Source of the DNA: an uncultured Acidobacteriota bacterium
Lineage (GTDB): Bacteria; Acidobacteriota; Vicinamibacteria; Fen-336
Direction of reading: 5' to 3'
Assembly: GCA_963720545.1 (NCBI GenBank)
Contig: OY970399.1
Span: 1,920,001-1,984,000 of the forward strand
Length of the DNA: 64,000 nt
Shown: one piece after another, positions 31,901 through 40,583 of the stretch
Numbering within the stretch: the stretch's first letter is position 1
Layout of the letters: every line of letters begins with the position of its first letter
Position numbers and translations under genes: made by a program
Notes under the pieces: generated by a model
Database searches by the model: none
Seen by the model: the letters and a program-made list of their open reading frames with translations, nothing else
Told to the model about the DNA's origin: nothing

Positions 31901-34900
31901 TGCACCGGCGTCGCTGCCGAGCTGCGAATCGGCGACGCCTGCTGCCTTGCCGTCGGGGGCAAGCAGGTGCCACGCTTCCCTGGGCAGGCCGGCATCGATG
32001 AGCCGGCGTGCGGCGCGCGACGCGCGCGCCGACGCTTCGTCCTGGTCTTGCGCAACGCCGGCCTTGCGATACGCATCGAGAGCGGCGCGTTCCACCGCCA
32101 GCGCCGACGCCGCGTCGCCGCCGCGCGCATAGAGCGAGGATCGCCAGCCCGCAACCGCCTCGTCGGCCGGCCGCGGGCGGTTCCAGCCCTCGAGAAAGCG
32201 TGCGGCATCGACGCTGCGTCCCGCGCGCACCAGCAGGTCTGCCGTCTCGCGCCACAGCGACTCGCGCTCGGGACGTACCGCGGTCGCGGCCTGCGCCATC
32301 ACGATGGCGCCGTCGAGGTCGTGGTTCGCAAGACGCAGCTCGCGCACCGCCACCGCCCAGCGCACGTCGCGCGGGCTGCGTAGCTGCTGCCTCTCGAAGT
32401 GCTGCAGCAGCTCGGCCATGCGGCCGCCGCGCTGCGCGGCGCGCGCCGCCGCGCTGAGCCACGGCCGCTCGACGCGCCGGTTGAGCGCCTCGATGTAGAG
32501 AGCCATTGCCGCAGCCGGCTGCTTCTCGTCGGCGGCCGCCCCGGCCAGCTCGGCCCACAGGTAGGGCCTGCGCTCCGCGGCAAAGCTCGGCTCTTCCCCG
32601 GCCGCCATCGCGACGAGGTCCGCGTGGGGATCGCGGCGCAGCTTCAGCCGCGCGAGCAGGCGCAAGGCGCCAAGGCGCGCACTGGCATTGTCCTCGCCGT
32701 GGGCAGCGTTCGCCGCATCCAGCAGTGCTGTGGCTGCGCGTTCGGCGCGCGCCAGGTCGGATGCCGCGAGCGAGTCGCCGGTGAGGCGCGCCAGCAGGTC
32801 TTGCCGATGGCCACTTGCCGCGCTCGCGGCCGCCGCCTCCAGGACTGCGCGCGCCTCGTCACCGCGGCCAGTCCGATTGAGGAACGAAACGCGGTCGTCG
32901 AGGAGGCCGAGACTCCACGGGTAGCGCTCCCCCAGCTTGTGCCATTCGGCCGCCGCCGCTGCAACACCCTGCGAGCGTTCGAGCCACGCAAGTCGTGCCG
33001 CCTCCACACGCAGGCGCAGCGGCGTTTCGCCCATCGCAGGCAGGCGCGCCGCCAGCGCCCGCCATGCCGACTCCGCTTCGGCATCGCGTGCGGCCGCGGC
33101 CAGGAGCTGCGCGCGTTCGAGCTCGACTCGCAGCCGCTCGTCCGCGGTGGGCGCCAGTTCCGCGCGGCGCGCGAGCACCGCGGCGCGGAACCCGACGTGC
33201 TGGTCGCGCGACAGCGACTGGACAGCGATGCCCTCGACGAGCGCGGCGGCGCGATCGAGAAACTCGGTCGAGGAGGCACGGGCGATGAACGCGTTCGCCT
33301 GCGCAACGAGATGCTGGCGCACGGCGAGAATGCCCGCGTGGTGCGCCCCGCGTGCCGCGTCCATGGCGGCCTGCCGCTGCTCGCGGCCGACGGAGTCGTG
33401 CGGCAGATCGGCGGCGTCGATCCAGTCGTCCACGTCCCACTCGAGTCCGGGCGTGGTGTCTGCGATGGTGCCGAGCGGGAAGAGCGCGGCCAGGCGGCGT
33501 TCATCGGCCTCGCTCCCCGCCTCGAGCTTGTCGATCGTAGCGAGGATTCCGGCGCGTGTGCGGTCGCGGCCGAGGAGCTGCACCAGGCGCCGCAGCGAGC
33601 GCTGGTCTTCGTCGAACGCCGAACAGAAGCAGGTTCCGTCTTCGGGCAGAGACGCCTGAAGATACTCGACCACGGCAGCGTTCGGGTCGCCGCGCTCTTC
33701 GCGAAGGACGCCCGCCTCGAAAGCCAGAAGCCGCGGCTGCTTCAACGTCACGCGCGCCGACTCGATGGCGGCGAGCGCCTCGGTGGTGTGGCCATAGTCC
33801 CAGAGGAGCGCCGACAGCCGGTCGGTTTTCGGCGCCACGTCGCCCGCACCGTCCAGCAGGTGCTGCCAATCCGCGAGCGCCAGGTCGGGACGGCCGATGT
33901 CTTCGTGAAGCTCGCCGAGGGTCGTCCAGAGTGGCGCAGCGTCGGGCAGCGCCGGCGCCGTGCGCGCCACGAGCGCCGCCGCGCCTGCGGCATGCGCTGG
34001 CGTGAGCGGCGCCAGCGAGCGGTGCAGCGACAGCGCTGCGCGCGCCAGCGGCTCCTCGCCCGGGTAGGCCGCGCTCAGCCGGTCGGCCGCCGCGTGCGCT
34101 TTCTCGAAGAGCGACAGCCGGCTCCAGCCCTCGTAAAGCAGGAGGTCGCGCACCGGATCCTGCGCGTCGCTCTTCTCGAGCACCTCGAGCCGCTCCTCGA
34201 GGTCGCCACGCTTCATTGCCGCCGCGAACCACCGCTCGCGCTCTCCCGAATCGACGAACAGGACGGCGTAGCGGCGCTCGGTGAGGAGCGCTTCGTAAGA
34301 GTCGAAGCCGTTCCTGCGGACGAGACGCGACGCGGCCTCGCGATAGACGGTGGGGCTGTGCGGAAAGCGCTCGAGGGCGCGCAGGCGCACGAAGTCGGCG
34401 AAGCGCACCAGGCGCACGCGCGCGCCCGGGGCCGGTGCTGCCGACGGCAGGGGCAATTGCAGGCTCTGGTCCGCGTCGCTGCGGGCGAAGATGTCGCTGC
34501 CGCGGAAGCGCGCCACCAGCTTGTCGGCCAGCGCCTGCAGTTCGGCGGTGCGCTTGCGGCGGGCATAGTAGCGCGCGAGCTTCGACCACCAGCTCGCGTC
34601 GTCGAACGCGGCGATCGCCTTCTCGTAGCGCGGCGCCAGCTCGTCGTCGAGATTCCACTGTTCGAGGCGCGCCGCGAGCTGGAGCCAAAGGGCCTCCGCG
34701 CGCGGCAGGCGGTCCATCTCGCCAAGCATCAGCGCGACCGAGGCCTGGTGCGAAGGGTCGAGATAGTCGGCGCGCGCCAGGGCGTCCTCGAGGACGTTGC
34801 GGTACGAATCCTGCGGTTCGGCGGCCGGCAGCTCGGCGTCGGTGTCGTCGTAAGGCTGCGGCGGCGGGTCCCACGCCGGGACCGCGCCATCGGCTGCGAG

Positions 34901-36403
34901 CGCTGCAAGGCGCGCGCGGTAGAGACGCAGCTCGGCGTCGAGCGGCGCCTTGGTCAGCCGCATGGCAAGGAGCGCCGTGCGGCGGGCGCGATCGGCGAGT
35001 GCGCTCTCACCTGCTTCGAGCGCCGGCAGGAGCGCCAGCGCCGCGGCGCCATCGCCTTGCTCGACATGGCGCTCCATGATCGCGAGCCGCAGGCGCGGCA
35101 GCGCGGCGTGCGCCGGTGCGCGCTTCGTGAGCTCGTCCACGAGGGCGCGCGCCGCAGCGAACGTGCGCACGCGCACCGAGTCGGACGCGAGCCGTGCGAG
35201 CGCTTCCTTCCAGTCGGTGCCGGTCAGCAGCAGCGAGAGGCCGCCGGTCCAGAAGCCGGGCGTCTCATCGAGGCGCGCGACCCAGGCGTACGGTTCGTCG
35301 CTGTAACTGCCCCAGGCCAGCGGGCGGCCGCCGGCACGCAGCGCCTGGTCGGCGAGGGCGGCGAGGTCTTCGACCTGTTCCGTCGCCGAAGCACCGCTCG
35401 CCGCCGCGAGCCGGGCGCGGAATGCCTCGGGGCCTGCGTCGATGATGTCGTAGCCGCGCGCGAGCGTCAGCCAGCCCGCGCGCCCCAGGATGCCGCCGTC
35501 GCGGCGGTCCACCTGCCGCAGCGCCGCCAGGGCAGCGTCGCCGCGGCCCTGGCCTGCGAAGTACACGACCAGCCGGACCAGGGCGTTCGCGTCGAAACCA
35601 GCGGCCAGCTTTCCCCGCCACTCTTCCGGCACGCCCGGCGCGGCCTTGTCGACCCGCGCGGCAAAGGCGCGTAGCGCGTCGCGGCTGCGGAGCGACTCGA
35701 CCTCGTCGTCGAGTGTGCGCAACGCTGCGCGCCAATCCTGCCTTGCGGCATGCGCCAGCGAGGCGACCACGGCGCGCCGCTCCCGATCGAGCAGCGCCGC
35801 CGGCATGGCGGCGAGCGCCGTCAGGGCTTCGTCCGGCTGGTGATCGCGGACCAGGACTCGCAGGAAGCGTTCCGCCGCGCGCGCGTCGTTTGGAGTCAGC
35901 GCGACGTGCTCGCGGTACAGCGCCAGAACGTCGACGCCTTCAGGCTTCGCCTCGGCCCAGGAGATGCGCTCCCGGGCAAGCGCCAGCCGTGCGTCGGGGT
36001 CGAGGCCGGGCAAAGCGGACGCGGCCGCCTTGTAGGCGAACGTGTCGTCGCCGCGCTCGTGCGCCCACCGTGCGGCCTCGGCCCAGGCCGCCGGCCCGCC
36101 ATCGGGCGATTGCGCCCACGACTCGAGTGCGCGCAGCGCGCCGGCGCGGTCGCCAAGCCGCATGCGCGCCTCCGCCAGGTGGCGCAGCGCCATGGGTCCC
36201 GGTTGCGTTTCGAGCGCCGCCAGCAACTCACGCGTCGGCGTCTCGTAGTGGACCTCGTGGCCATCGAGCAGCGCCGTACGTGTCGCCGCACCGAAGATGG
36301 CATCGCTCTTCGCGAGCTCCTCCCACGGAACATACGAAGACGCGGCGAGGCCGAGCGCGGCGAGCGCCAGGACGGCCGGCCGGCTGCCGAAGGTTGCGCT
36401 CAC
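28967..36403 (-). CDS. Giant (~2480 aa) exported alpha-helical TPR/solenoid-like protein
   Basis: Uninterrupted 7.4-kb frame; GTG at 36403 overlaps the upstream TGA; hydrophobic N-terminus; TPR-like segments (LWTTLGELHEDIGRPDLALADWQ, LWRETADLLVRAGRSVDA). Confidence 0.8.
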   Translation of the reverse strand: MSATFGSRPAVLALAALGLAASSYVPWEELAKSDAIFGAATRTALLDGHEVHYETPTRELLAALETQPGPMALRHLAEARMRLGDRAGALRALESWAQSPDGGPAAWAEAARWAHERGDDTFAYKAAASALPGLDPDARLALARERISWAEAKPEGVDVLALYREHVALTPNDARAAERFLRVLVRDHQPDEALTALAAMPAALLDRERRAVVASLAHAARQDWRAALRTLDDEVESLRSRDALRAFAARVDKAAPGVPEEWRGKLAAGFDANALVRLVVYFAGQGRGDAALAALRQVDRRDGGILGRAGWLTLARGYDIIDAGPEAFRARLAAASGASATEQVEDLAALADQALRAGGRPLAWGSYSDEPYAWVARLDETPGFWTGGLSLLLTGTDWKEALARLASDSVRVRTFAAARALVDELTKRAPAHAALPRLRLAIMERHVEQGDGAAALALLPALEAGESALADRARRTALLAMRLTKAPLDAELRLYRARLAALAADGAVPAWDPPPQPYDDTDAELPAAEPQDSYRNVLEDALARADYLDPSHQASVALMLGEMDRLPRAEALWLQLAARLEQWNLDDELAPRYEKAIAAFDDASWWSKLARYYARRKRTAELQALADKLVARFRGSDIFARSDADQSLQLPLPSAAPAPGARVRLVRFADFVRLRALERFPHSPTVYREAASRLVRRNGFDSYEALLTERRYAVLFVDSGERERWFAAAMKRGDLEERLEVLEKSDAQDPVRDLLLYEGWSRLSLFEKAHAAADRLSAAYPGEEPLARAALSLHRSLAPLTPAHAAGAAALVARTAPALPDAAPLWTTLGELHEDIGRPDLALADWQHLLDGAGDVAPKTDRLSALLWDYGHTTEALAAIESARVTLKQPRLLAFEAGVLREERGDPNAAVVEYLQASLPEDGTCFCSAFDEDQRSLRRLVQLLGRDRTRAGILATIDKLEAGSEADERRLAALFPLGTIADTTPGLEWDVDDWIDAADLPHDSVGREQRQAAMDAARGAHHAGILAVRQHLVAQANAFIARASSTEFLDRAAALVEGIAVQSLSRDQHVGFRAAVLARRAELAPTADERLRVELERAQLLAAAARDAEAESAWRALAARLPAMGETPLRLRVEAARLAWLERSQGVAAAAAEWHKLGERYPWSLGLLDDRVSFLNRTGRGDEARAVLEAAAASAASGHRQDLLARLTGDSLAASDLARAERAATALLDAANAAHGEDNASARLGALRLLARLKLRRDPHADLVAMAAGEEPSFAAERRPYLWAELAGAAADEKQPAAAMALYIEALNRRVERPWLSAAARAAQRGGRMAELLQHFERQQLRSPRDVRWAVAVRELRLANHDLDGAIVMAQAATAVRPERESLWRETADLLVRAGRSVDAARFLEGWNRPRPADEAVAGWRSSLYARGGDAASALAVERAALDAYRKAGVAQDQDEASARASRAARRLIDAGLPREAWHLLAPDGKAAGVADSQLGSDAGARLALMNDSVLRFLAAKAGDGDHRLAVARTLQEYARPEQLQEFEAWVMKRLYDKPAGNVAALRQWWPAIEEAAIAAHVRTAIARRLIAGSPPGAPWREQPSEAFVASAASVVVTDTGGGYVFGAPDFEALWVRDLARRDRPAELTVFLRPRVQALIAQAASPAADTVRERLPWTAWLDDPVVMETFVRGAVGDTAFVSELATAFTDEKRFARFLKLGAHGWRLGPLVAQLGTGDRDAFLKTTAAGRVLTGLIHSRTVPAEDDPALAALRGPRTVGAVVEAQPRPFLDQWGGWPGPSWFALETLVRYRRNDAGAALAVLETPQRGGESARVALAARLAAALGDAALARQVLEAGALGTRDLAVLRLRLQTLRTADGAAAARLWRDAVNADPANLGEARLRDLSMLAADLQLAAPVGVLDATVPIGGGVLAYVRDVHGAEAAARLHTSDPVGYRAALAVRFARRAASLDRADIETWLDELWASGAAGLPQGRLGVLGGIWPHASGWMSDFAVADRKAALAALRALPDTAGIEALNQKLQAPAERERGRLLLARAALLRGDHGVALAMLDAMLAEQEQAPALAYQPVALPAPVAAGEEPWLQIPEDSGREPADPRLARLRAWHEAFVDRKGANADVVRERFRAALRAQRAAGISSADSWDLALAVEDGPGRAAVIAELENAWIRGDLTAASVPAIAASLARYARAEVGRWMARAEETFTFDAVSRRARLWRDAGDTAAAAATLASGRSRGGWTRTDEIRAFDLWRRLALPPAAGTPAAWSAAAPFWRKPAGEAAAGLGAHLAARRYDVLSARAALRALGPLDADAIERVVDALDDAAMNGIRDSDDTSVLRLRAARAQLASSPRAAAGQLTGTSATALANELSRRGYRKADVDAALGDLARIGRGGRDRALEDAAFTALADRDGTAAAALRAELGPIETEPPLPFVPAGNSARPYAPGDLTFDLLSRIVAAETAAAKGVER

Positions 36404-38697
36404 GGCTGCACCAGTACTGTCGCGCGCACGAAGGAGTGGTTCTTTGCGGCGTCCACAGCTTCGAAGAGGACCGGCAGGCGGCCCGCCGCGTTCGCCGGCA
36501 CACGCCAAGTCCCCACCGAGCGGCGTGTCGCGGGATCCCACCGCAGCGCCACCGGCGCCTGTTCGCCAAAGCGCGCCGTGAGGACGATGACGTCCTCGTC
36601 GGCGCCGGCCGCGATCAGAACCGAGTCGCCCATCCGTACCGTCGCCGGCAGTTGCGGCGTGAGCCGGGGCGCCGTGCCGTCGATCACGAACTCCTTGTTC
36701 TCGGAAACCGCCAGGCCGCTCTCATCCTTAATAAGGATGCGTACGCTGTAGCGGCCGTCCCGGAGGCCGGACGGCACCAGGAAGCGTCCTTCCCAGACGT
36801 TCGACCGTGGCCGGCGCCGCAGCGGCAGGCGCAGTCCGAAAGGAAGGAGCGCCGTCGCCGCCACGGTGCGCGCGTCGCATTCGACGCGTAGCACCGGATC
36901 GCCCGGCTGGATGCGGCGCGGGCGCAACAGCGAGCGCGGGGCGGCCAGGAACGCCGTGTAGGGTGTGACGAATTTGTAGCGGCGTGACAATTCGACGATC
37001 TCGTCCACCAGCGCGCGCGTCTCGCCCTCGGCCTCGACGCGGCGCAGCAGTTCGTCCACGCGAGCGCGCGCCCAGCGCCGCGGCAGGTCGCGCGCTTCGC
37101 TCGCGGCCTCCGGCAGCGCCGCCGTGATTGCCGCCGCGGCGTCGTTGAAGCTGAACCGCAGGCTCGCCTGCGGTACGGCGTAGCGGCCGATCCAGCCCGA
37201 AGCCGAGCCGGGAGCGATCGGCTGCACCATCACCGGATACACGTCGCGAATCCTCGCCTCGCCGCCTTTCACCTGGAACGGCAGCCCGGGCGACCGCGGC
37301 ACGGCCTCGCCGCTGTCGGCGCTGGCAGCGCCGGCGAGAAAGCTCGCGATGAACGAGCTGCGCTCCGGCGCGCTCGACAGCGGCGTGACGATGGCGCGCG
37401 CCGCGTTGCGCAGCGACTCGGGCGTTTCCGCGCCGCCGATCGAAACGAACAGCGGCGCACCACCCGCGGCTTGCCGCAGCGCCTGCGAACCCTCGTGACC
37501 GCTGCCGTCGGTCAGCAGCAGGATCGCGGCGCCGCCAATGGCCCGAGCGCGCGCGACCGCGGCCGCGACGTCGGTGCCGGGCGCCAGCAGCCGCGCACGC
37601 AGCCGCAGCAGGCTGGCATCGATGGCGGCGGCCGTCGCTGCTTCGAGGACCGGGCCGGCTTCGGGCTGTCGATCGAATGCAATCACGGCGAAGCGGTCCG
37701 CGGGCGTCAGCGAGCGCAGCACGTCGGCGAGCAGCGCGTACGACGATTCGAGGCCGGCAAAGCGGTGGCTCAGCGACGTGTCGAAGAGAAAGACGAACTG
37801 CCCCGGCTTGCGCGGCGGCGACACAGCACCGCCATCCGCAGCACTGCCAGTGACATGCGGTGCGTATTCGAGAAGGAAGAAGCCGTCCTTCTCCGGCGGA
37901 ATCTCCGCTGCGCGCTCCCAGGGGGCCAATGCGATGCCGTCGGGCAGCCGGCCGTCGGGAGTGCGGAACGCGGTGAGGCGAAGCACGGGCGTGCCGGCCC
38001 GCGGCCGCAGGCGCACCAGCAGATCCTTGTCGAGCAGCGCATTTTTCGCGGTGAGCCCGAGACCGTCGGCATCCGCTGCCAGCGTCAAGCCCCCGGCCGG
38101 CGCGGACAGCTCGCCGTCGGCGGAGCGCACGTGAATGCGCAAGGTGCGCGCACGCGCCGGCATCCCTTCGTTCGCACGCAGCGCCACGCGCAACTCGCTG
38201 CTGCCGCCGATGAGCGGCACCTCCTGCTGGAACTGCAGCTCGAGGCGCTTGGTGCCGCGCGGCGGGATCGGCGCAATCGCGACCGAGAAGAGCGAACCGC
38301 CCGAGGGCCGCGCCGGACCCGCCGCGTCGCCGCCGCGGTCGTCCTCGTCGCCTTGCTGCAGCAGTCCTGGATCGATGCGCTGCGTCGTGAGGTCGCGGTA
38401 GATGGCGCGCGCCCGCCGTTTCTCGAGGATCATGCCGGGGATCCGCACGAGGCCGTCCCACACGGCGAAATCACCAACCGCCGCGGAGGGCGGCAGGGTG
38501 AAGCGCCAGCTGCCCTCCTGCGGCGCGTCGGTGTGGTTCTCGAACACCTGGCGCACGTTGACGCGCGCGTAGCCGCGCGCGATCTCCGCCTCGATCGTCA
38601 TCTCGCGCAGCGACACGACCGCCGCGTCGGGGCGGCCGGTGCTCGTGGGAATGAGCAGGCCTGCTTGCGCGACGAGCGTCAGCAGCACGGGCGTCAT
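36400..38697 (-). CDS. VIT (vault/inter-alpha-trypsin) plus vWA domain protein with C-terminal Ig-like domains
   Basis: VIT: ARVNVRQVFENH...EGSWRFTLPPSAAV. vWA MIDAS: FLFDTSLS, GT, LLTDG. ITIH-like LSRRYKFVTPYTAFL. Confidence 0.88.
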   Translation of the reverse strand: MTPVLLTLVAQAGLLIPTSTGRPDAAVVSLREMTIEAEIARGYARVNVRQVFENHTDAPQEGSWRFTLPPSAAVGDFAVWDGLVRIPGMILEKRRARAIYRDLTTQRIDPGLLQQGDEDDRGGDAAGPARPSGGSLFSVAIAPIPPRGTKRLELQFQQEVPLIGGSSELRVALRANEGMPARARTLRIHVRSADGELSAPAGGLTLAADADGLGLTAKNALLDKDLLVRLRPRAGTPVLRLTAFRTPDGRLPDGIALAPWERAAEIPPEKDGFFLLEYAPHVTGSAADGGAVSPPRKPGQFVFLFDTSLSHRFAGLESSYALLADVLRSLTPADRFAVIAFDRQPEAGPVLEAATAAAIDASLLRLRARLLAPGTDVAAAVARARAIGGAAILLLTDGSGHEGSQALRQAAGGAPLFVSIGGAETPESLRNAARAIVTPLSSAPERSSFIASFLAGAASADSGEAVPRSPGLPFQVKGGEARIRDVYPVMVQPIAPGSASGWIGRYAVPQASLRFSFNDAAAAITAALPEAASEARDLPRRWARARVDELLRRVEAEGETRALVDEIVELSRRYKFVTPYTAFLAAPRSLLRPRRIQPGDPVLRVECDARTVAATALLPFGLRLPLRRRPRSNVWEGRFLVPSGLRDGRYSVRILIKDESGLAVSENKEFVIDGTAPRLTPQLPATVRMGDSVLIAAGADEDVIVLTARFGEQAPVALRWDPATRRSVGTWRVPANAAGRLPVLFEAVDAAKNHSFVRATVLVQP

Positions 38698-38717
38698 TGC
38701 GTCATTGGGTCATTGCG
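38691..38717. repeat. 8-bp tandem repeat (CAATGAC[C/G] x3 on minus strand) at a gene junction
   Basis: Plus strand GCGTCATT GCGTCATT GGGTCATT GCG. Confidence 0.8.
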
Positions 38718-40485
38718 CCGCGATCCGCAGGCGCGCGATGCCGGCGTCGGTGCCGACGTACAGCCAGCCGGAGTCGGCGAGCAGCGCGCTGATGCGCGCG
38801 GACGGCAGCAGGAACTCCACCGGCTCGAAGTGGTCGCTGCCGGGTTCGCGGACGAACAAGCCGCGGTCGTCGGTGCCGAGGAATAGCCGGCCGCGGGCGT
38901 CGACCAGGCAGCCCGGGTTGACCTTGAACCCGGCGGTCTCCGGATAGGCAACGAAGCGGCTGGCGCCGCTTGGTCGCCGCGCGACGCCGCCGCCGTAGGT
39001 CGCGACATGCAATCCGTCTTCGGTCTGCGCCAGTGCGCTCACCCATGGATTCGGCAGCGCGCTCTCCGCGGCGCCCTGCAGCAAAACGCGGGTGCCGCCA
39101 ATTGCGCCCAGGCCCGACGGCGTGCCGACATAGAGGGCATCGGTGAAGAGCAGCGCCAGCGCCTGGTTCCCCGGCAGGCCGTGGAACGCCGAGAGCATTC
39201 CGGAGTCGCCGAGCTTCACGCCCTGGCCGTAGCCGATCGCAACGCCCTGCGGTGTTGCCACCAGCGAGAACGCAGCGCCCGGCCCTTCGATGTCCTCGAC
39301 CCGCCCGCCCGCAACGCGGCTCGCACCGCGCAAGCTCGCGACGAACAACGCGCCGCCCGAAGGCAACAACGCGTTGACGCCCCAGATGCCAGCCGCCGGA
39401 ACCCGGCGCAACGTTATCCCCGGCGCACGCTCCGTTCCCAGGTAGAGCCCGTCGTCGAACAGCCCCACCGCAAGTTCTCCGGAAAAGCGCGCCAGGGCGC
39501 CGACATGAAAAGCACCCGTGGCGGTCGACGCTGGACGCGGCGAGACGGAACGAAATCCCGAACTGGTGTGCGTCATCAGCCCGGCGGCGGTATCGACGTA
39601 GAGCGTGCCGCCGACGGCGAACAAGCGGCGCCCGGGCGCGGGCAGCATTTCCTCGCGCCACACGCCGCCGGCAAGGCGGTGCAGCGACTGCGACCACTCG
39701 CCGGCGAGGCCGAACACCTCGCCTTTGGCTGCGACCGCGGTGGTGATGAACGATCCGCCGTGCGTGAGGGCGAAGCCGGCGCCGGTCGCGCGTTCGAGGC
39801 CGCGGGCGCTCACCGCGAACAGCTGGCCCGAAGCGACGAACAGGTTCTCGACCCATGGATCCTGGGTGGCGAGCGATTCGGTCAGCGTGCCCGCGGTACG
39901 GAACGCGCCGCGTTCGCCGCCCGACAGGATGGCGCCGTCCTCGGCGAGCGCGATGGCGCGCACCGGATGCGCGGCGAGCCGCTCCATCTGCGCACCGCCG
40001 AAGGCGACGCGCAGCAGGCCCTCGCGCGCACCGATGAGCAGTTCGCCGCCGGTGGTCTCGGCGAGCGTCCGCACGTGCAGCAGGCCGAAGCCGCTGCGCA
40101 TCTCCGCCCATTCGCCGCCGCGGCGCACGAACAGGCCGCCGTCGGTGGATGCCGCCACGAGCCGGCCGCGCCAGGAGTGGAGCGCCGACATTTGGCGCAG
40201 CGGCAGCGCGGCCGACAGGTCGGTGCGCTCCGCTCCCGCGGCGATGCCAAAGCCGCCGGCCAGGATGAGGCCGTCGTCGGTTGCAGCAACCGCCTGCACG
40301 TCACCGCTGGTCGCGACGATCGCCGCCGCCGGCCGCGGCGGAACCGCGGCGAGGCTGAACGCGGCGACGTTGGCCGGCGCCGGCGCGTATGCCTCGTTCA
40401 CTTGCCGGCGCAGCGCGACCGCCGCAACCAGGGCAACGAGCGCGACTGCGACCAGCGACGCGGCGGCGATGCGGCGAGGGTTCAA
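38710..40485 (-). CDS. Membrane-anchored or exported beta-propeller protein (Reg_prop-like repeats)
   Basis: N-terminal TM; repeated blades LVAASTDGGLF, LLIGAREGL, LYVGTPSGL, LHVATYGGGV, LFLGTDDRGLF, LYVGTDAGI; start TTG 40485 or 40527. Confidence 0.8.
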   Translation of the reverse strand: MNPRRIAAASLVAVALVALVAAVALRRQVNEAYAPAPANVAAFSLAAVPPRPAAAIVATSGDVQAVAATDDGLILAGGFGIAAGAERTDLSAALPLRQMSALHSWRGRLVAASTDGGLFVRRGGEWAEMRSGFGLLHVRTLAETTGGELLIGAREGLLRVAFGGAQMERLAAHPVRAIALAEDGAILSGGERGAFRTAGTLTESLATQDPWVENLFVASGQLFAVSARGLERATGAGFALTHGGSFITTAVAAKGEVFGLAGEWSQSLHRLAGGVWREEMLPAPGRRLFAVGGTLYVDTAAGLMTHTSSGFRSVSPRPASTATGAFHVGALARFSGELAVGLFDDGLYLGTERAPGITLRRVPAAGIWGVNALLPSGGALFVASLRGASRVAGGRVEDIEGPGAAFSLVATPQGVAIGYGQGVKLGDSGMLSAFHGLPGNQALALLFTDALYVGTPSGLGAIGGTRVLLQGAAESALPNPWVSALAQTEDGLHVATYGGGVARRPSGASRFVAYPETAGFKVNPGCLVDARGRLFLGTDDRGLFVREPGSDHFEPVEFLLPSARISALLADSGWLYVGTDAGIARLRIAAQ

Positions 40486-40583
40486 TGTCTTTGGCCTGGC
40501 GTTAGCGCGCAAGGTTAACAGCAGCAACTCCGGCGACGTTTGGACACCGCACCGGGTGCTTCGGATCCTGTAGGCTGCGTCCC

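Noticed and set aside
32399..35674. 1091-aa plus-strand ORF inside the giant gene
   Set aside because: Antisense shadow with no motifs; stop codons are scarce at high GC.
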